A stretch of DNA of 64,000 nt from an uncultured bacterium (GCA_937906475.1 CALCZA010000054.1:29810-93809), one strand, 5' to 3'; shown: positions 1 through 10,472, numbered from the stretch's first letter. Translations and numbers: made by a program. The notes: a model not told the origin generated them from the letters alone.

Positions 1-115
1 GCCGGAAAAGCCGGTCCTCAAGGAGCTCGAAGTCAAGGCGCTGTTCGTTGGTGGCAAGAAGGATCACTCGACGAGCAAGCTGGTCACCAAGATCGCGAAG
101 CTCAAGAAGAAGTAG
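1..115 (+). CDS. 3' end of an upstream CDS (partial)
   Basis: Open frame from position 2 (PEKPVLKELEVKALFVGGKK...KLKKK) with typical codon usage, ending TAG at 113-115. Confidence 0.7.
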   Translation, partial: PEKPVLKELEVKALFVGGKKDHSTSKLVTKIAKLKKK

Positions 116-122
116 TGAGCGC

Positions 123-1502
123 ATGAACCGGCTGCACGCGACGTTCGTCTTTCTCGTGTGCAGCTCGTTCTGCTTGGCGCAGTCTGCGAACGACATCAAC
201 GTTCGCGCCTACGAGAAGAAGCTGAAGGAAGAGCTGCTCCAAACGGGGCAGCGTCACGTCGACCTCGGTTGGGGGTTACGCAAATCTGGTTTGATCCCGC
301 AGTGCACCTACCAATTGGTGCTGGCGGTTGAACTTTCCGAAGGCCAGCACGCTGGCGCCAAGATGGTGTTGAACACCGTGCGTACCTACAAGGACGCCTT
401 CTGGAAGTCGAAGCGCAAGAAACCGATGCTCGGCGCGCAGAAGAGCTACGAGAAGAAGGCCGCGGGCCTGGTTAAGAAGGACATGTTGGGCCAGGTCAAG
501 CTCGCGCGCGCCGCGAACAAGGCGAAGCTGACCGGTAAGATGACGGCGCATCTGGTCAAGGTGATGCGCTATGGGGGCAAGATCACGTTCAACAAGAGCG
601 GCGCCAAGATCGAAGGCTTCAAGGTCGAGGACGAACTCGCCAAGTGGTTGTCCGAGCAGACAGTTACCCTCAAGAACGGCGAACGCCGCTTCGAACCGGC
701 GGGCAAAGGCGCGCCGCGGCTTGAAGGGCTGGAGGAAGTCGCCGACGCACATCTGATCGTTCGCACTGACCTCGATGCCGCGGCAGCCAAAGAACTGCAC
801 GCACTGGGTAGCGCCTTGTGGTCGCCGTTACAGAAACGCCTTGCCGGCGCTCCGACGCGGGCGCTGCGACTTATCGTGTTCGCCAAGAAGGTCGACTACG
901 ACGCCTACCTCAAGGCAACCGGCTACGGCGGTGTAACGAGCAAGGGACTGTGCGACTACGGCACCTTCCAGACGTTGGTCTGCGCGGAGGGTCTCGAAAG
1001 CGGCAGCTTGAACGCGCTGGTGCTGCACGAATTGTCCCACCTGTTCTTTTTCGGCAGTTCGCCAGTTGCGATGCCAGACTGGTACTCGGAGGGATTTGCC
1101 GAGTCATTTGGCGGCCAAGGCACGTTTGCGTGGAATGGCAAGGCACTAACGGTGGGCGGACTGATTCGGAGTGACCGTCTCGACGCCATCCAGAAAGATC
1201 CCATGACTCTGGCGCAGATCCTGGCGGGCAACGCCATGAATCTTCTCAGTCAAAACCATGAGAAGGCGATGCGCTTCTATGCGATGTCGTGGGCTCTCCA
1301 GCGTTTCCTGATGACTGGGGACAACCAGTTGCGGAAGCGGTTCCTCGACTGGGAAGCCAAGTGTCGCGGGGAGTTGCTCGGTAGCCAGTCGACTTGGAAT
1401 TTTGGCTCGGCTGGTTCGGCTACGAAAGCCTTCTTGGCTGAGTTCCGTAGGGACATGCCTCTAACGGAAAAGGCGTTTCAGGCGTGGCTGGCTGATCTTT
1501 AG
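123..1502 (+). CDS. Secreted zinc metallopeptidase-like protein (DUF1570/gluzincin-like)
   Basis: ATG at 123, signal-peptide-like N-terminus, HELSH (HExxH) followed by PDWYSEGFAE. Confidence 0.75.
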   Translation: MNRLHATFVFLVCSSFCLAQSANDINVRAYEKKLKEELLQTGQRHVDLGWGLRKSGLIPQCTYQLVLAVELSEGQHAGAKMVLNTVRTYKDAFWKSKRKKPMLGAQKSYEKKAAGLVKKDMLGQVKLARAANKAKLTGKMTAHLVKVMRYGGKITFNKSGAKIEGFKVEDELAKWLSEQTVTLKNGERRFEPAGKGAPRLEGLEEVADAHLIVRTDLDAAAAKELHALGSALWSPLQKRLAGAPTRALRLIVFAKKVDYDAYLKATGYGGVTSKGLCDYGTFQTLVCAEGLESGSLNALVLHELSHLFFFGSSPVAMPDWYSEGFAESFGGQGTFAWNGKALTVGGLIRSDRLDAIQKDPMTLAQILAGNAMNLLSQNHEKAMRFYAMSWALQRFLMTGDNQLRKRFLDWEAKCRGELLGSQSTWNFGSAGSATKAFLAEFRRDMPLTEKAFQAWLADL

Positions 1503-1598
1503 AGTCTGCTTTGGTCGATCGCTGCGGGAACCGCGATCGCGAAGACTCGGCCAAGCGATGTCGAGGTGGAGCAAGCCTTAATCGTCTCAGCCTAGGCG

Positions 1599-2249
1599 CT
1601 AGGTAGGGGCGGGTTTCGCGAATGCTTGCCAGAACACGTCGGCGCCCTCGGCTCGCAGTGCCGCCGGATCGCCATAGCCAAATAGGCACGCGACCGTACG
1701 GACGCCCAAGCGTTTGCCCGAACGCACGTCTTGCAAACCATCACCGACCATCGTTGCGCCATCGCTCGAACTGCCGAGCTGCTCGAGTGCGTAGCGCAGC
1801 ATCGCCGGGTCAGGTTTTTTGGTCGGCAAGGTGTCGCCGCTAACGATGATCGACGTGAACGCATCGAGTCCGAGAAACTTCACCACTGGCACGGCGAACT
1901 GCTCGGGTTTGTTGGTGACTACCGCAATCGCATGGCCGGCTTCGCGCAGTTGCTCTAAGTGCTCGTGGGCTCCTGGAAACAGCCGCGTATGCACCGTGCA
2001 CTGCGCACGGTGGTGTTCGATGTAGGTCGCGAACGCAGCCTCGATGGCTTGCGCATCTGGCTCGTGCTCGGCTAGTGCCCGTTGTAGCAACGTTCGTGCC
2101 CCGTCGCCGATGTAGCTGCGCACCGTCGCGTCATCGACCGCGGCTAAGCCGTTCTGCTCGCGAACGTAATTGGTGCTCGCCGCCAGGTCTGGCAAGGTGT
2201 CCGCAAGGGTGCCATCGAGATCAAACAGGAATGCGGGCTTGGAAGTCAC
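1599..2249 (-). CDS. gph: HAD-family phosphatase (phosphoglycolate phosphatase-like)
   Basis: FDLDGTLADT motif I, VVTNKP, KKPDP, MVGD; GTG start at 2249 chosen to avoid overlap with the divergent gene. Confidence 0.85.
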   Translation of the reverse strand: MTSKPAFLFDLDGTLADTLPDLAASTNYVREQNGLAAVDDATVRSYIGDGARTLLQRALAEHEPDAQAIEAAFATYIEHHRAQCTVHTRLFPGAHEHLEQLREAGHAIAVVTNKPEQFAVPVVKFLGLDAFTSIIVSGDTLPTKKPDPAMLRYALEQLGSSSDGATMVGDGLQDVRSGKRLGVRTVACLFGYGDPAALRAEGADVFWQAFAKPAPT

Positions 2250-2276
2250 GGCTACCGATATACTCGCCGACCCCTC

Positions 2277-2771
2277 ATGAAGCTCGCACCCTTGTTGTTG
2301 CTGTTCTCGCTGTTCGCATCTTGCGGTTCCATCCGTCAGTGGCGCGAATTGCAAACTGAGCCGATGTCGATTGGCGAAGCTTACGGCGGCTTCGTCGCGA
2401 TCGCGACTGCGCGCGGCGGTTGGCGTGTCGACGAAAGCGCGGCCGATCGTGGCAATGGCATTTGGGAGTCGCGTTGGCGCAAGCGCGAGATGGAGCGTAA
2501 CTTCCCGATCCGTAATCGCCTCCGGATGGAGATCCTTCTCGACGAAGGTTCGCGCGCAGAAGGGTGGTGGGTGCGCTACGTGATTGAGCAAGAGAAGGTC
2601 AAGGACCTACGCCGCCACGCGCAACCTCGCGAAGAGGATTGGTCCGCCAATGGCCAGGACCAAGAAGGCGAAGCGATTCTTGGCGAGCGCTTGCTGCGAC
2701 GACTGGCGCCGAAGTCGGTGCAGATTCAGGAGCGGCGCGATCCCAAGGATCGTTGGTCCCGGAATCGCTGA
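2277..2771 (+). CDS. Lipoprotein of unknown function
   Basis: MKLAPLLLLFSLFASC lipobox. Confidence 0.75.
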   Translation: MKLAPLLLLFSLFASCGSIRQWRELQTEPMSIGEAYGGFVAIATARGGWRVDESAADRGNGIWESRWRKREMERNFPIRNRLRMEILLDEGSRAEGWWVRYVIEQEKVKDLRRHAQPREEDWSANGQDQEGEAILGERLLRRLAPKSVQIQERRDPKDRWSRNR

Positions 2772-2815
2772 CGCGAATCCGCGTTGGTCCCGGAATCGCT
2801 GACGCGAATCCGCGT
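2751..2815. repeat. Perfect 31-bp tandem duplication
   Basis: cgttggtcccggaatcgctgacgcgaatccg at 2751-2781 and 2782-2812, plus cgt. Confidence 0.95.
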
Positions 2816-3025
2816 CTCGGAAGACCGGCTGATGAGCGGCGTGCACCGATTAGGTTGTCGGGCCTGCGGGCCAGTGAATCTTGCACGGCGACCGCACAGA
2901 TCCTCTACCGATGAGATTCTGCTGCGACCCATGGCAACGAAGCTTGCCTGCAAGTTGGCAACTGCTTGAGGCTTGTGCTTTCCTTGTCGGTCGCCAAGTG
3001 TCGATTTGAGCTTGGTATCCGCGCC

Positions 3026-4252
3026 ATGCCAGAGCTGTCCGTACTCATTGTCAACTACAACTCCTGGCGCGAGTGCGTGCAGGCGATTGCGACGTTGCGC
3101 GAGTTCGGCCCGACGCGTGCCGATGGCAGTGCGATACCGTTCGAAGTCATCGTTGTCGACAACCTGTCGCCGAAGCAGCAACCGCGGCTGATCAAGGCTG
3201 TCGAGCGCGAACTGGAACTACTCTGTGAACAACAGGGCGACGACCAGGCCGGCGTGCTGATCATGCACACCGAGAACGGTGGCTACTCAAAGGGCATGAA
3301 CCTGGCGATGTCGCATAGCCGCGGCAAGCAGATCCTGGTCAGCAACCCCGACGTGCTGTTCAACGACGGCCTGGTTAGCAAGTTGCTGCAGCACCTTGAG
3401 AGCGACCCGAAAATCGGCATCGTGGTGCCGAAGGGCTTCTGGGATACCGGCCATTCGGGTCACTTGCCGCCGAACACGTTGCCGTCGATTGGTGACGCGT
3501 GGGGCGAGGTGTTTGGCAGTTACTCAAGTCTCATCCGTCGTTGGCGCGTCAACCGTCTGGTCAAGCAGTGGCAGAACGTCTGGCAGGCTGACAAGCCGAT
3601 TGCGTTGCCGATGATGTCGGGTTGTCTGTTCTTGGTCGATCGTGACTACTTCGAATCGATCGGCAAGTTCGATGAGCGCTACCCGCTCTACTACGAAGAC
3701 GCGGATCTGTCGGTGAAGATCCTCAATAGCGGCCGCACCATCACACAAGTCCCCGATGCGCATCTGGTACACTTCGTCAATCGCTCAGGCATGAGTGATA
3801 TGGAGACGATGTGGGCGCGCCATGCCAAGAGCCGCGAGAAGTACTTTCGCAAGTGGCATCCTATACTTGGCAAGCTGACGCTGTCGTTGACGGGGTGGTT
3901 GTTGAAGAGCAAGCTACTGGCGTGCTTCCGGCCGGTGCATTCGCGTAATCCCTACACCGATCTTGGCCAGTCATCGAAGCCACCGGTGCTGAAGTTGCCG
4001 CGCAATTGCGAGCGCTTTTTGGTGCTGATGTCACTCGACTTACGGTTCTTCTTGGCTGCGGGCACCTATGGCAGCGGCGATCATTGGACGCCCAGTGACA
4101 AGGCGTTCGAAGTATTCGTCAATGCGAACTTCTTCTTCTGCGTGTTCGACATCTCGAACGACAAGCACGAGTTCTTGGGCACTTGGCACTACCACTGCAT
4201 GTCGCACCTCGGCGTTCCAGTTCCGATGCCCGAGGCAGGGGGTCAGTCGTGA
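3026..4252 (+). CDS. Glycosyltransferase family 2 with a C-terminal extension
   Basis: SVLIVNYN, VVDN, NPD, GKFDERYPLYYEDADL. Confidence 0.9.
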   Translation: MPELSVLIVNYNSWRECVQAIATLREFGPTRADGSAIPFEVIVVDNLSPKQQPRLIKAVERELELLCEQQGDDQAGVLIMHTENGGYSKGMNLAMSHSRGKQILVSNPDVLFNDGLVSKLLQHLESDPKIGIVVPKGFWDTGHSGHLPPNTLPSIGDAWGEVFGSYSSLIRRWRVNRLVKQWQNVWQADKPIALPMMSGCLFLVDRDYFESIGKFDERYPLYYEDADLSVKILNSGRTITQVPDAHLVHFVNRSGMSDMETMWARHAKSREKYFRKWHPILGKLTLSLTGWLLKSKLLACFRPVHSRNPYTDLGQSSKPPVLKLPRNCERFLVLMSLDLRFFLAAGTYGSGDHWTPSDKAFEVFVNANFFFCVFDISNDKHEFLGTWHYHCMSHLGVPVPMPEAGGQS

Positions 4253-5187
4253 GTGCTACCGAAACCAACGCACCGGTGCTGTCAGTCGTCGTGCTCAGCT
4301 GGAATACTCAGCCGCTGACGCTTGCTTGCCTGACAGCGCTGTACGCCGAGATCCCTAAGCACACGCGCGAGATCATCGTCGTCGACAACGGCAGCGAAGA
4401 TGGTTCGGCCGACGCCATTGAGAAGCAGTTTCCAGAAGTGCGCGTGCTGCGCAACCAGGACAACCGTTTGTATGCCGAGGGCAACAACCAAGGCGCTGCG
4501 ATGGCTCGCGGTCAGTTTATTGTCACACTCAACTCGGATACTGAAGTACGCGAAGGCGCGCTCGATCAGTTGGTCGATTATCTGCGCGAACACGATGACT
4601 ACGGCGCCGTGGCGCCGCGTTTGAGTGATCCCGATGGCAGTGTGCAGCACGCTTGCCAACGCTTTCCGACCCTGATGACCGCGTTGTGCTTTGACTCGTG
4701 GTTCGGCTCGTTCTGGCCGGGTTCACATCTCGTCAATCGCTACAACATGCGCGACTTTGACCACCTCACATCGCGCGACGTCGACCAGCCACCCGGTGCC
4801 GTCTGCATGTTGCGCACCAAGGAGTGGCGCGAGCTCGGCGGCTTCGATGAACAACTTGCGTTGTTCTACAACGACGTCGATCTGTGCAAGCGACTCGGGC
4901 AACAGAAGCGCAAGATTCGCTACCTGGCCGAAGCCGAGGTGATGCACCATCGCGGGGCGAGTACCCGTAACTTCGCCAAGATGCTGGTCATCTGGCACAA
5001 GAATCGACTGGCCTACTACCGGAAGCACTACGGCGTGTTCGGCGGCATGTGGGTTCGCATGTGTGTGCGGCTACGGATTTGGGAAGAGTGGTGGCGCATC
5101 GGGCGGCGCAACAAGAAGGATCCGGGCCGCAAGAAGGTCGAACGTGATCACCTGCGCGCTTCGCAACGGGAGTTGTGGTCGTCGTGA
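4249..5187 (+). CDS. Glycosyltransferase family 2 (WbbL/GT2_like_c type)
   Basis: VVDNGSEDGS, LNSD, GGFDEQLALFYNDVDL; GTGA overlap with the previous stop. Confidence 0.9.
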   Translation: MSATETNAPVLSVVVLSWNTQPLTLACLTALYAEIPKHTREIIVVDNGSEDGSADAIEKQFPEVRVLRNQDNRLYAEGNNQGAAMARGQFIVTLNSDTEVREGALDQLVDYLREHDDYGAVAPRLSDPDGSVQHACQRFPTLMTALCFDSWFGSFWPGSHLVNRYNMRDFDHLTSRDVDQPPGAVCMLRTKEWRELGGFDEQLALFYNDVDLCKRLGQQKRKIRYLAEAEVMHHRGASTRNFAKMLVIWHKNRLAYYRKHYGVFGGMWVRMCVRLRIWEEWWRIGRRNKKDPGRKKVERDHLRASQRELWSS

Positions 5188-6404
5188 AGGTCTGCTTCGT
5201 GACCGCCAATTACCCGCCCGAGGCTGCTGGCGGCACCGAGCAGGTGGTGGTGGCGTTGGCGCGCGAACTGCGCGCACGCGGGGTGCAAATCGCGGCGATC
5301 AGTGGCAGTGACGTTGCCCACCGCGGTGACGATTCGTGTAGCGAGACCTTTGAAGACGTCGACGTGCTACGTGTCTTCACCAAGGCTGCTGAGTTTGGCC
5401 ACACCGAGTTCGTGCGGCCCCGATTGCTGGCCCAAGTGCGGCGGTGGTTGCTCGCGCAGCAACCGGATGTTGTGCACATCCACTCGTTCTCCGGGTTGGG
5501 GCTCGGCATCACTGGCGTCTGCCGTGAACTCGGGCTTCCAGTAGTCGTTACGTTCCACGACCTCTGGGCAACGTGCGCGCGCTTCTTTCGGCTGCCCAAG
5601 GGCTCTGTGACATGCCCGACTGATTCCGACCGAACGGCGTGTGTCACCTGCATTGCCGCGACGCTGCCGATGGACGAAGCACTGATCTTGCAAGGCTTGC
5701 TGCGACGCGATGAACTCGTAGTTGCTGAGTTGGCTGCCGCGGACGTTTGCACGGCGCCGAGCCAGGCCGCGGTGAAGGCCGTGGCAAGTTCGTTGCGGTT
5801 CTCGGGCGCGATCGAAGTTGTGCCACACGGGTTGCTGCGCGAGATTCCGACCGAGCACGCTGCCGAGCAACCTGTTGCTGGACCGCTACGCATCGGAACC
5901 TTCGGCGGTCTAGTGCCCGAGAAGGGACTGCGCGAATTGGTTGACGCTTGTATCGCGGTGGTCACCGCCGGTCACGCCTGCGAACTGCACCTCTCTGGGC
6001 CTTGGTATGACCTCGAGTTCGCCGAGCAGTTGCGCCAGCTTGCCAAGAACGGCGGCCTCGATCTGGTCGAACACGGTCGCTATGGTCGAGAAGACCGCCA
6101 TCCAGCGCGCGATCTGCACTTGGCGGTGTTCCCGTCGAAGTGCCAAGAGACCTACGGCTTGGTCGTCGAAGAAGCGCTTGCGCACGGTGTGCCGGTCGTC
6201 GTTTCCAACGTCGGTGCACTCGCCGAACGCTCGGTGACACAGGGTGTTGTCGTGACGGAACTCGATGTATTGGCGAACGTGCTGGGTGAACTGGTAGCTT
6301 CTCCGGAGCGCTTGTCGGCATTGCGCGAAGCGATTCCTCAGCGACTGTCGACGATGGCTGTCTCTGCCCAACGTCACCTCGACATCTACCAATCGCTGCG
6401 ATGA
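5184..6404 (+). CDS. Glycosyltransferase family 4 (GT-B)
   Basis: YPPEAAGGTE, PDVVHIH, TFHD, ETYGLVVEEALAHGVPVV (EX7E). Confidence 0.9.
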   Translation: MKVCFVTANYPPEAAGGTEQVVVALARELRARGVQIAAISGSDVAHRGDDSCSETFEDVDVLRVFTKAAEFGHTEFVRPRLLAQVRRWLLAQQPDVVHIHSFSGLGLGITGVCRELGLPVVVTFHDLWATCARFFRLPKGSVTCPTDSDRTACVTCIAATLPMDEALILQGLLRRDELVVAELAAADVCTAPSQAAVKAVASSLRFSGAIEVVPHGLLREIPTEHAAEQPVAGPLRIGTFGGLVPEKGLRELVDACIAVVTAGHACELHLSGPWYDLEFAEQLRQLAKNGGLDLVEHGRYGREDRHPARDLHLAVFPSKCQETYGLVVEEALAHGVPVVVSNVGALAERSVTQGVVVTELDVLANVLGELVASPERLSALREAIPQRLSTMAVSAQRHLDIYQSLR

Positions 6405-7159
6405 ATCACCTATTCTCTCCCCTGTTGCCGCGCGATCCCCTTGAGGGGCCAGTGTTGGTCTTGGCTGCGCATCCGGATGACGAAGTGATCGGGGCCGGGA
6501 GCATGCTTGCTTACCACGCGAGTCGCGGCCACGCCGTCACCGTGGTGCACGCGACCGATGGTGCCGCCGGGGATCCCAACAACCGTGAGGCTGGCGACAT
6601 TCGCGATGTGCGGCGCGCCGAGGGCATTGAAGCCTTGCGGCGGCTAGGGGTCGAACCGGCCCGCCACTGGGATTTGCCGGACGGGCAATTGCCGGAAAGC
6701 CTCGCCGACGTGACCCCGCGCATCGAGGCGGTGATCCGCGAGATCCAACCTCGTACGCTGTATTCGTTCCACGCTGGCGAAGCGCACCGAGATCACCGCG
6801 CGCTTGCCAAGGCGACCGCCGACGCCGCGCACGCCTTGCCCGAAGCGTGCCGCTGCTTGCTCTACGGAGTCAACTTCGTGCCGTCCGGCGGCACGCTGTT
6901 CGACACCACGGACATGTATCCCAAGCTCTACGAGGCGCTGAAGGCCTACGGTAGCCAAAACGCGTACATCGATTTGCCTGGCATGAGCGAGCACCGCAAC
7001 CGTGCCGCGACCGTCAATCTTGATATTGGTGGCGTGCTCTACGGCGAGATGTTCTTGGATGTGTTGCCACACGAGATTGCGGAACTGCATGCGCTGCACG
7101 ATCGGCTGCATCGGTTTGTGCAGCGGGATCCGACTTTGAACGACGGAGCGGGCACGTGA
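6401..7159 (+). CDS. PIG-L/LmbE family deacetylase
   Basis: AAHPDDE and HRDH metal-binding motifs, RRAEG. Confidence 0.9.
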   Translation: MNHLFSPLLPRDPLEGPVLVLAAHPDDEVIGAGSMLAYHASRGHAVTVVHATDGAAGDPNNREAGDIRDVRRAEGIEALRRLGVEPARHWDLPDGQLPESLADVTPRIEAVIREIQPRTLYSFHAGEAHRDHRALAKATADAAHALPEACRCLLYGVNFVPSGGTLFDTTDMYPKLYEALKAYGSQNAYIDLPGMSEHRNRAATVNLDIGGVLYGEMFLDVLPHEIAELHALHDRLHRFVQRDPTLNDGAGT

Positions 7160-8118
7160 CGGATGCGAGCAACGAAACCCCGAGAGTGAACGTGAGCGGC
7201 AAGAAGACCGTCAGCCTCGTCATCTCCGTGTGGAACCGCAAGGACGACCTGCGCGAGAACTTGGCCACGATTCGTCAGCAGACAGTGCCGGCCGATCAGG
7301 TCATCGTCGTCGACAACAACAGTTCGGACGGCACGCCCGAGATGGTGATCGCCGAGTTCCCCGAGGTGCAGTTGATCCGCATGCCGCACTCGGACTATGG
7401 TGCCTGCGAGACCTTCAATGTCGGTTTCTCTAGCGCCAAGGGCGACTTTGTCGGCATCCTCGATGACGATGTGATCTTGCCGGTGACGTTCGTCGAACAC
7501 ATGGTCAACAAGTTCGCCGAAGAGCCCGACTCGACGGCGATTCTGTCGCCGAAGGTCGTCGAACCAGAGATGCCCGAATGGTATCTGACTTCGGAGACGA
7601 TCAATCGCGAGCGCTACCTGTCGACGTTCCGCGGCTGCGGTTCGATGGCGCGCGCCGACGCGATTCGCAAGGCCAACTGGTACGATATCCGGTTCTTCAT
7701 CTTCGGCAACGAACGCGATCTGACGACACGGCTGCTCAATCTTGGCTTCCGGGTGAAGATGTTCCCGACGGTGGAGGTCTTCCACAAGGCGCCGTTCGGC
7801 ATGCGGCACGGCAAGCGCAGCCTCTACTACCACGTCCGCAACTTCTGGCTCTACGCGTTCAAGTATCTGCCGTGGAGCCAGGTGCTGATGTTCCCGTTCC
7901 GCTTCCTTAAGAAGGGACTCGGCGGCAAGAACAAGTCGGATGGTGGTGAGATCGCCGATGCGGTTGGCACGATCGGCCTGTTCGACAACATCAAGGGCGT
8001 CAAGATGGGGTGGTGGATCTGCATCAAGGCGACTATCGCCGCGGTCTGGAACCTGCCCTACTGCATCCGCCACCGCGAAGTCTGCAAGCACCCGGACTTC
8101 GAACCGCCGCTCAAGTAG
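7156..8118 (+). CDS. Glycosyltransferase family 2
   Basis: VVDNNSSDGT, LDDD; start may be the GTG at 7192. Confidence 0.9.
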   Translation: MTDASNETPRVNVSGKKTVSLVISVWNRKDDLRENLATIRQQTVPADQVIVVDNNSSDGTPEMVIAEFPEVQLIRMPHSDYGACETFNVGFSSAKGDFVGILDDDVILPVTFVEHMVNKFAEEPDSTAILSPKVVEPEMPEWYLTSETINRERYLSTFRGCGSMARADAIRKANWYDIRFFIFGNERDLTTRLLNLGFRVKMFPTVEVFHKAPFGMRHGKRSLYYHVRNFWLYAFKYLPWSQVLMFPFRFLKKGLGGKNKSDGGEIADAVGTIGLFDNIKGVKMGWWICIKATIAAVWNLPYCIRHREVCKHPDFEPPLK

Positions 8119-8427
8119 GCGAAATCTCCGCCTGGCAGGCAAGAAGTGCCGCTGTGATCGCCCCGCCGGATTTTTTCTCCGATTGTTCCGGCCATCGGTT
8201 CCGAACCGTCGCCTGTGCTTTTGTTCAGGTGACGCGAGTCGCCCAGTAGTGGCGCATCGATCTGTTTGACCGACCAGTTGCCTCGGGACGGTGCGTCTGA
8301 AACGTCAAGCAGGGGTGGGTGGGCGTCTCTTAACCGGGCGGCCATGCCGATTTTTTGGGCACCCTTGGTGCGCAGGGGATCCTTGGGTTCACTTGCACTG
8401 CGGACATCGGTAGTTCCCGTCGCTACC

Positions 8428-9498
8428 ATGCCAGCCTCTCTCGTGGTCAGCGCAGTCGTCATCAATTGGAACGGGCAGGACTATCTGCCCGAGTGCATCG
8501 ACGCACTTCTGGCCCAGGATCCGCCGCCAGCGGAGGTTGTCGTGGTCGACAACCACTCGGATGACGAGTCGCGTGCGGTCGTCTCGGAGCGCTATCCCCA
8601 GGTGAGGCTGATCGATACCGGCTTCAATGGCGGACCGTGCCACGCCCGCAACGTCGGGGCGAAAGCCGCCAACTGCGAGCGGGTGTTGTTCCTCGACAAC
8701 GATGTCGTGCTTGAGCCAGGCGGCTTGGCGAAGCTTGGCTCGTGCATGGACGAGGACGACTCGATCGCGATGGTGCAGGCGCGTTCGGTGTGTGGTGACG
8801 ACCACAGCATTGTGCATTACGACGGCGGCGAACTGCACTTCCTCGGCACCTTGGTGTTGCGCAACTGGTATCGCGCTCGCAGTGAGGCCGACGATGCACC
8901 CGGGCCGATTGGCGCCGCCATCGCGCTGTGCTTCTTGGCCAAGAAGAGCGTCTACCAAGAGGTCGGTGGGTTCGACGAGAACCTATTCATCCTCTACGAG
9001 GACAACGAGTTCTCCTACAAACTGCGCATGCGTGGCCACACGATCCGGTTGTGTGCGCAAGCGGTGTGCGTTCATAAGGCTGGCACCGTGGGCCTGAGTG
9101 TGCGCGGTGAAGCTAGATACCCAGGCAAGCGCACCTACCTGCACAGCAAGAACCGTTGGTATGTGCTGTTCACCTGCATGCGGTGGCGAACGTTGTTGCT
9201 GACGGTGCCGGCGCAACTTGTCTACGGAATTGTTTACGCGGCGTTCGGCGTTGGTCGTGGCCATCTCGGCTCGTGGCTCAAGGGCAAATGGGAACTTCTG
9301 TGTCTGCTGCCCCAGGCGATTCGCGCGCGTGGTCCGGCACAGAAGGGACGCACGGTTCCCGATCGCGACCTGCTGGTCGCGTTGCCGATGACGTTGAACC
9401 CGGGGCTCGCGGACAAGGGCGCAGGTGCCGCATTGCGCCGCACCATGGACCGTTTCTTCTCGGTATATTGGCGCTTGGTGCGAGGCCTGTGTGGCTGA
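8428..9498 (+). CDS. Glycosyltransferase family 2
   Basis: VVINWNG, VVDNHSDD, LDND, GGFDENLFILYED. Confidence 0.9.
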   Translation: MPASLVVSAVVINWNGQDYLPECIDALLAQDPPPAEVVVVDNHSDDESRAVVSERYPQVRLIDTGFNGGPCHARNVGAKAANCERVLFLDNDVVLEPGGLAKLGSCMDEDDSIAMVQARSVCGDDHSIVHYDGGELHFLGTLVLRNWYRARSEADDAPGPIGAAIALCFLAKKSVYQEVGGFDENLFILYEDNEFSYKLRMRGHTIRLCAQAVCVHKAGTVGLSVRGEARYPGKRTYLHSKNRWYVLFTCMRWRTLLLTVPAQLVYGIVYAAFGVGRGHLGSWLKGKWELLCLLPQAIRARGPAQKGRTVPDRDLLVALPMTLNPGLADKGAGAALRRTMDRFFSVYWRLVRGLCG

Positions 9499-10468
9499 CG
9501 CATCGCCGGCAGCAGCAGGAAGTTCTTCAAGCTCTGCCGGCCGGCCGGTTGTCGCGGCGCTGCTGCTGAACTACCGCGGTGCTGATATGACGCTGCAGTG
9601 TGCGCGCGACTTGTTGGCCATTACGGATGTAATGCTCAGCATCGTCGTGCTCGACAACAACTCAGGCGCCGGCGAGGTTGCTCAATTGCAGCAGGGCATC
9701 GCTGACATGCCGCGCGGCCAGCACGAATTACATGTGCTGCCGTTTGCCGAGAACTTTGGCTTCGCCGGTGGCATGAATCGCGGCATTGAGTTCGCGGCGC
9801 GCGAGAAGATCCCGTTCGTGCTCGTGCTCAACAACGACATGCGGTTGCCGAGTGACTTTGTGCTGCCGCTGCTCGACGTGTTGCGCAATGACCCGGCCGT
9901 GGGCGCTGTCGGCCCGACGGTAGTGCATCCAGATGGCACGGTGTGGGCCGAAGGTGGCGAGCTTGGGTTTGTGCCCAATGGTCTGCGGTTGATTCGCCAC
10001 GGCCAAAAGCCGAGCGACGTCACCGATGGCCCAGCAGAGGTCGGCTTCTTGACTGGGGCCTGCATGATGATGCGCACCGAGGTGGCGGGGGGCGTAGGCG
10101 GCTTTGATCGCAACTACTTCATGTATTGGGAAGACGTCGCGATTAGCAGCAAGTTGCGGCGGCGCGGTCTGCGCATCGTTTGGTTGCCGTGGGTGCGCGT
10201 CGAGCACCTCGGTGGTCAATCGTCAGGTGGCGGCCGCTCGCCGCTGCGCAAATTCTTGATGGCGTGCAACGCCGTGCGTTACTTGAAGGCGCACGGTTCG
10301 GTCAAGGCGTGGGCCGGTTGGTTGCTGTTCGATGTGCTGCTATGGCCGATCACTTTCGTGATGGGGCCCGCAGCGGCGTGGGCGAAGATGCGCGGCACGA
10401 TGGCCGGATTGTCGGGGCACACTGCGAACGCCAACGATGTTGCGCGCTTTCTCGGCGAGAAGGCCTGA
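9491..10468 (+). CDS. Glycosyltransferase family 2
   Basis: LLNY, NFGFAGGMN, LNND, GGFDRNYFMYWED. Confidence 0.9.
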   Translation: MADASPAAAGSSSSSAGRPVVAALLLNYRGADMTLQCARDLLAITDVMLSIVVLDNNSGAGEVAQLQQGIADMPRGQHELHVLPFAENFGFAGGMNRGIEFAAREKIPFVLVLNNDMRLPSDFVLPLLDVLRNDPAVGAVGPTVVHPDGTVWAEGGELGFVPNGLRLIRHGQKPSDVTDGPAEVGFLTGACMMMRTEVAGGVGGFDRNYFMYWEDVAISSKLRRRGLRIVWLPWVRVEHLGGQSSGGGRSPLRKFLMACNAVRYLKAHGSVKAWAGWLLFDVLLWPITFVMGPAAAWAKMRGTMAGLSGHTANANDVARFLGEKA

Positions 10469-10472
10469 CGCC

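Noticed and set aside
2250-2591. Long N-terminal extensions in the ORF track (gph, xerD, YfhO, methyltransferase, lspA)
   Set aside because: They overlap neighbouring genes or promoters and precede the recognisable domain start; downstream starts were chosen
2932-2947. Sigma54-like TGGCAAC...TTGC upstream of the GT cluster
   Set aside because: GG to GC spacing is 11 nt rather than the required 10
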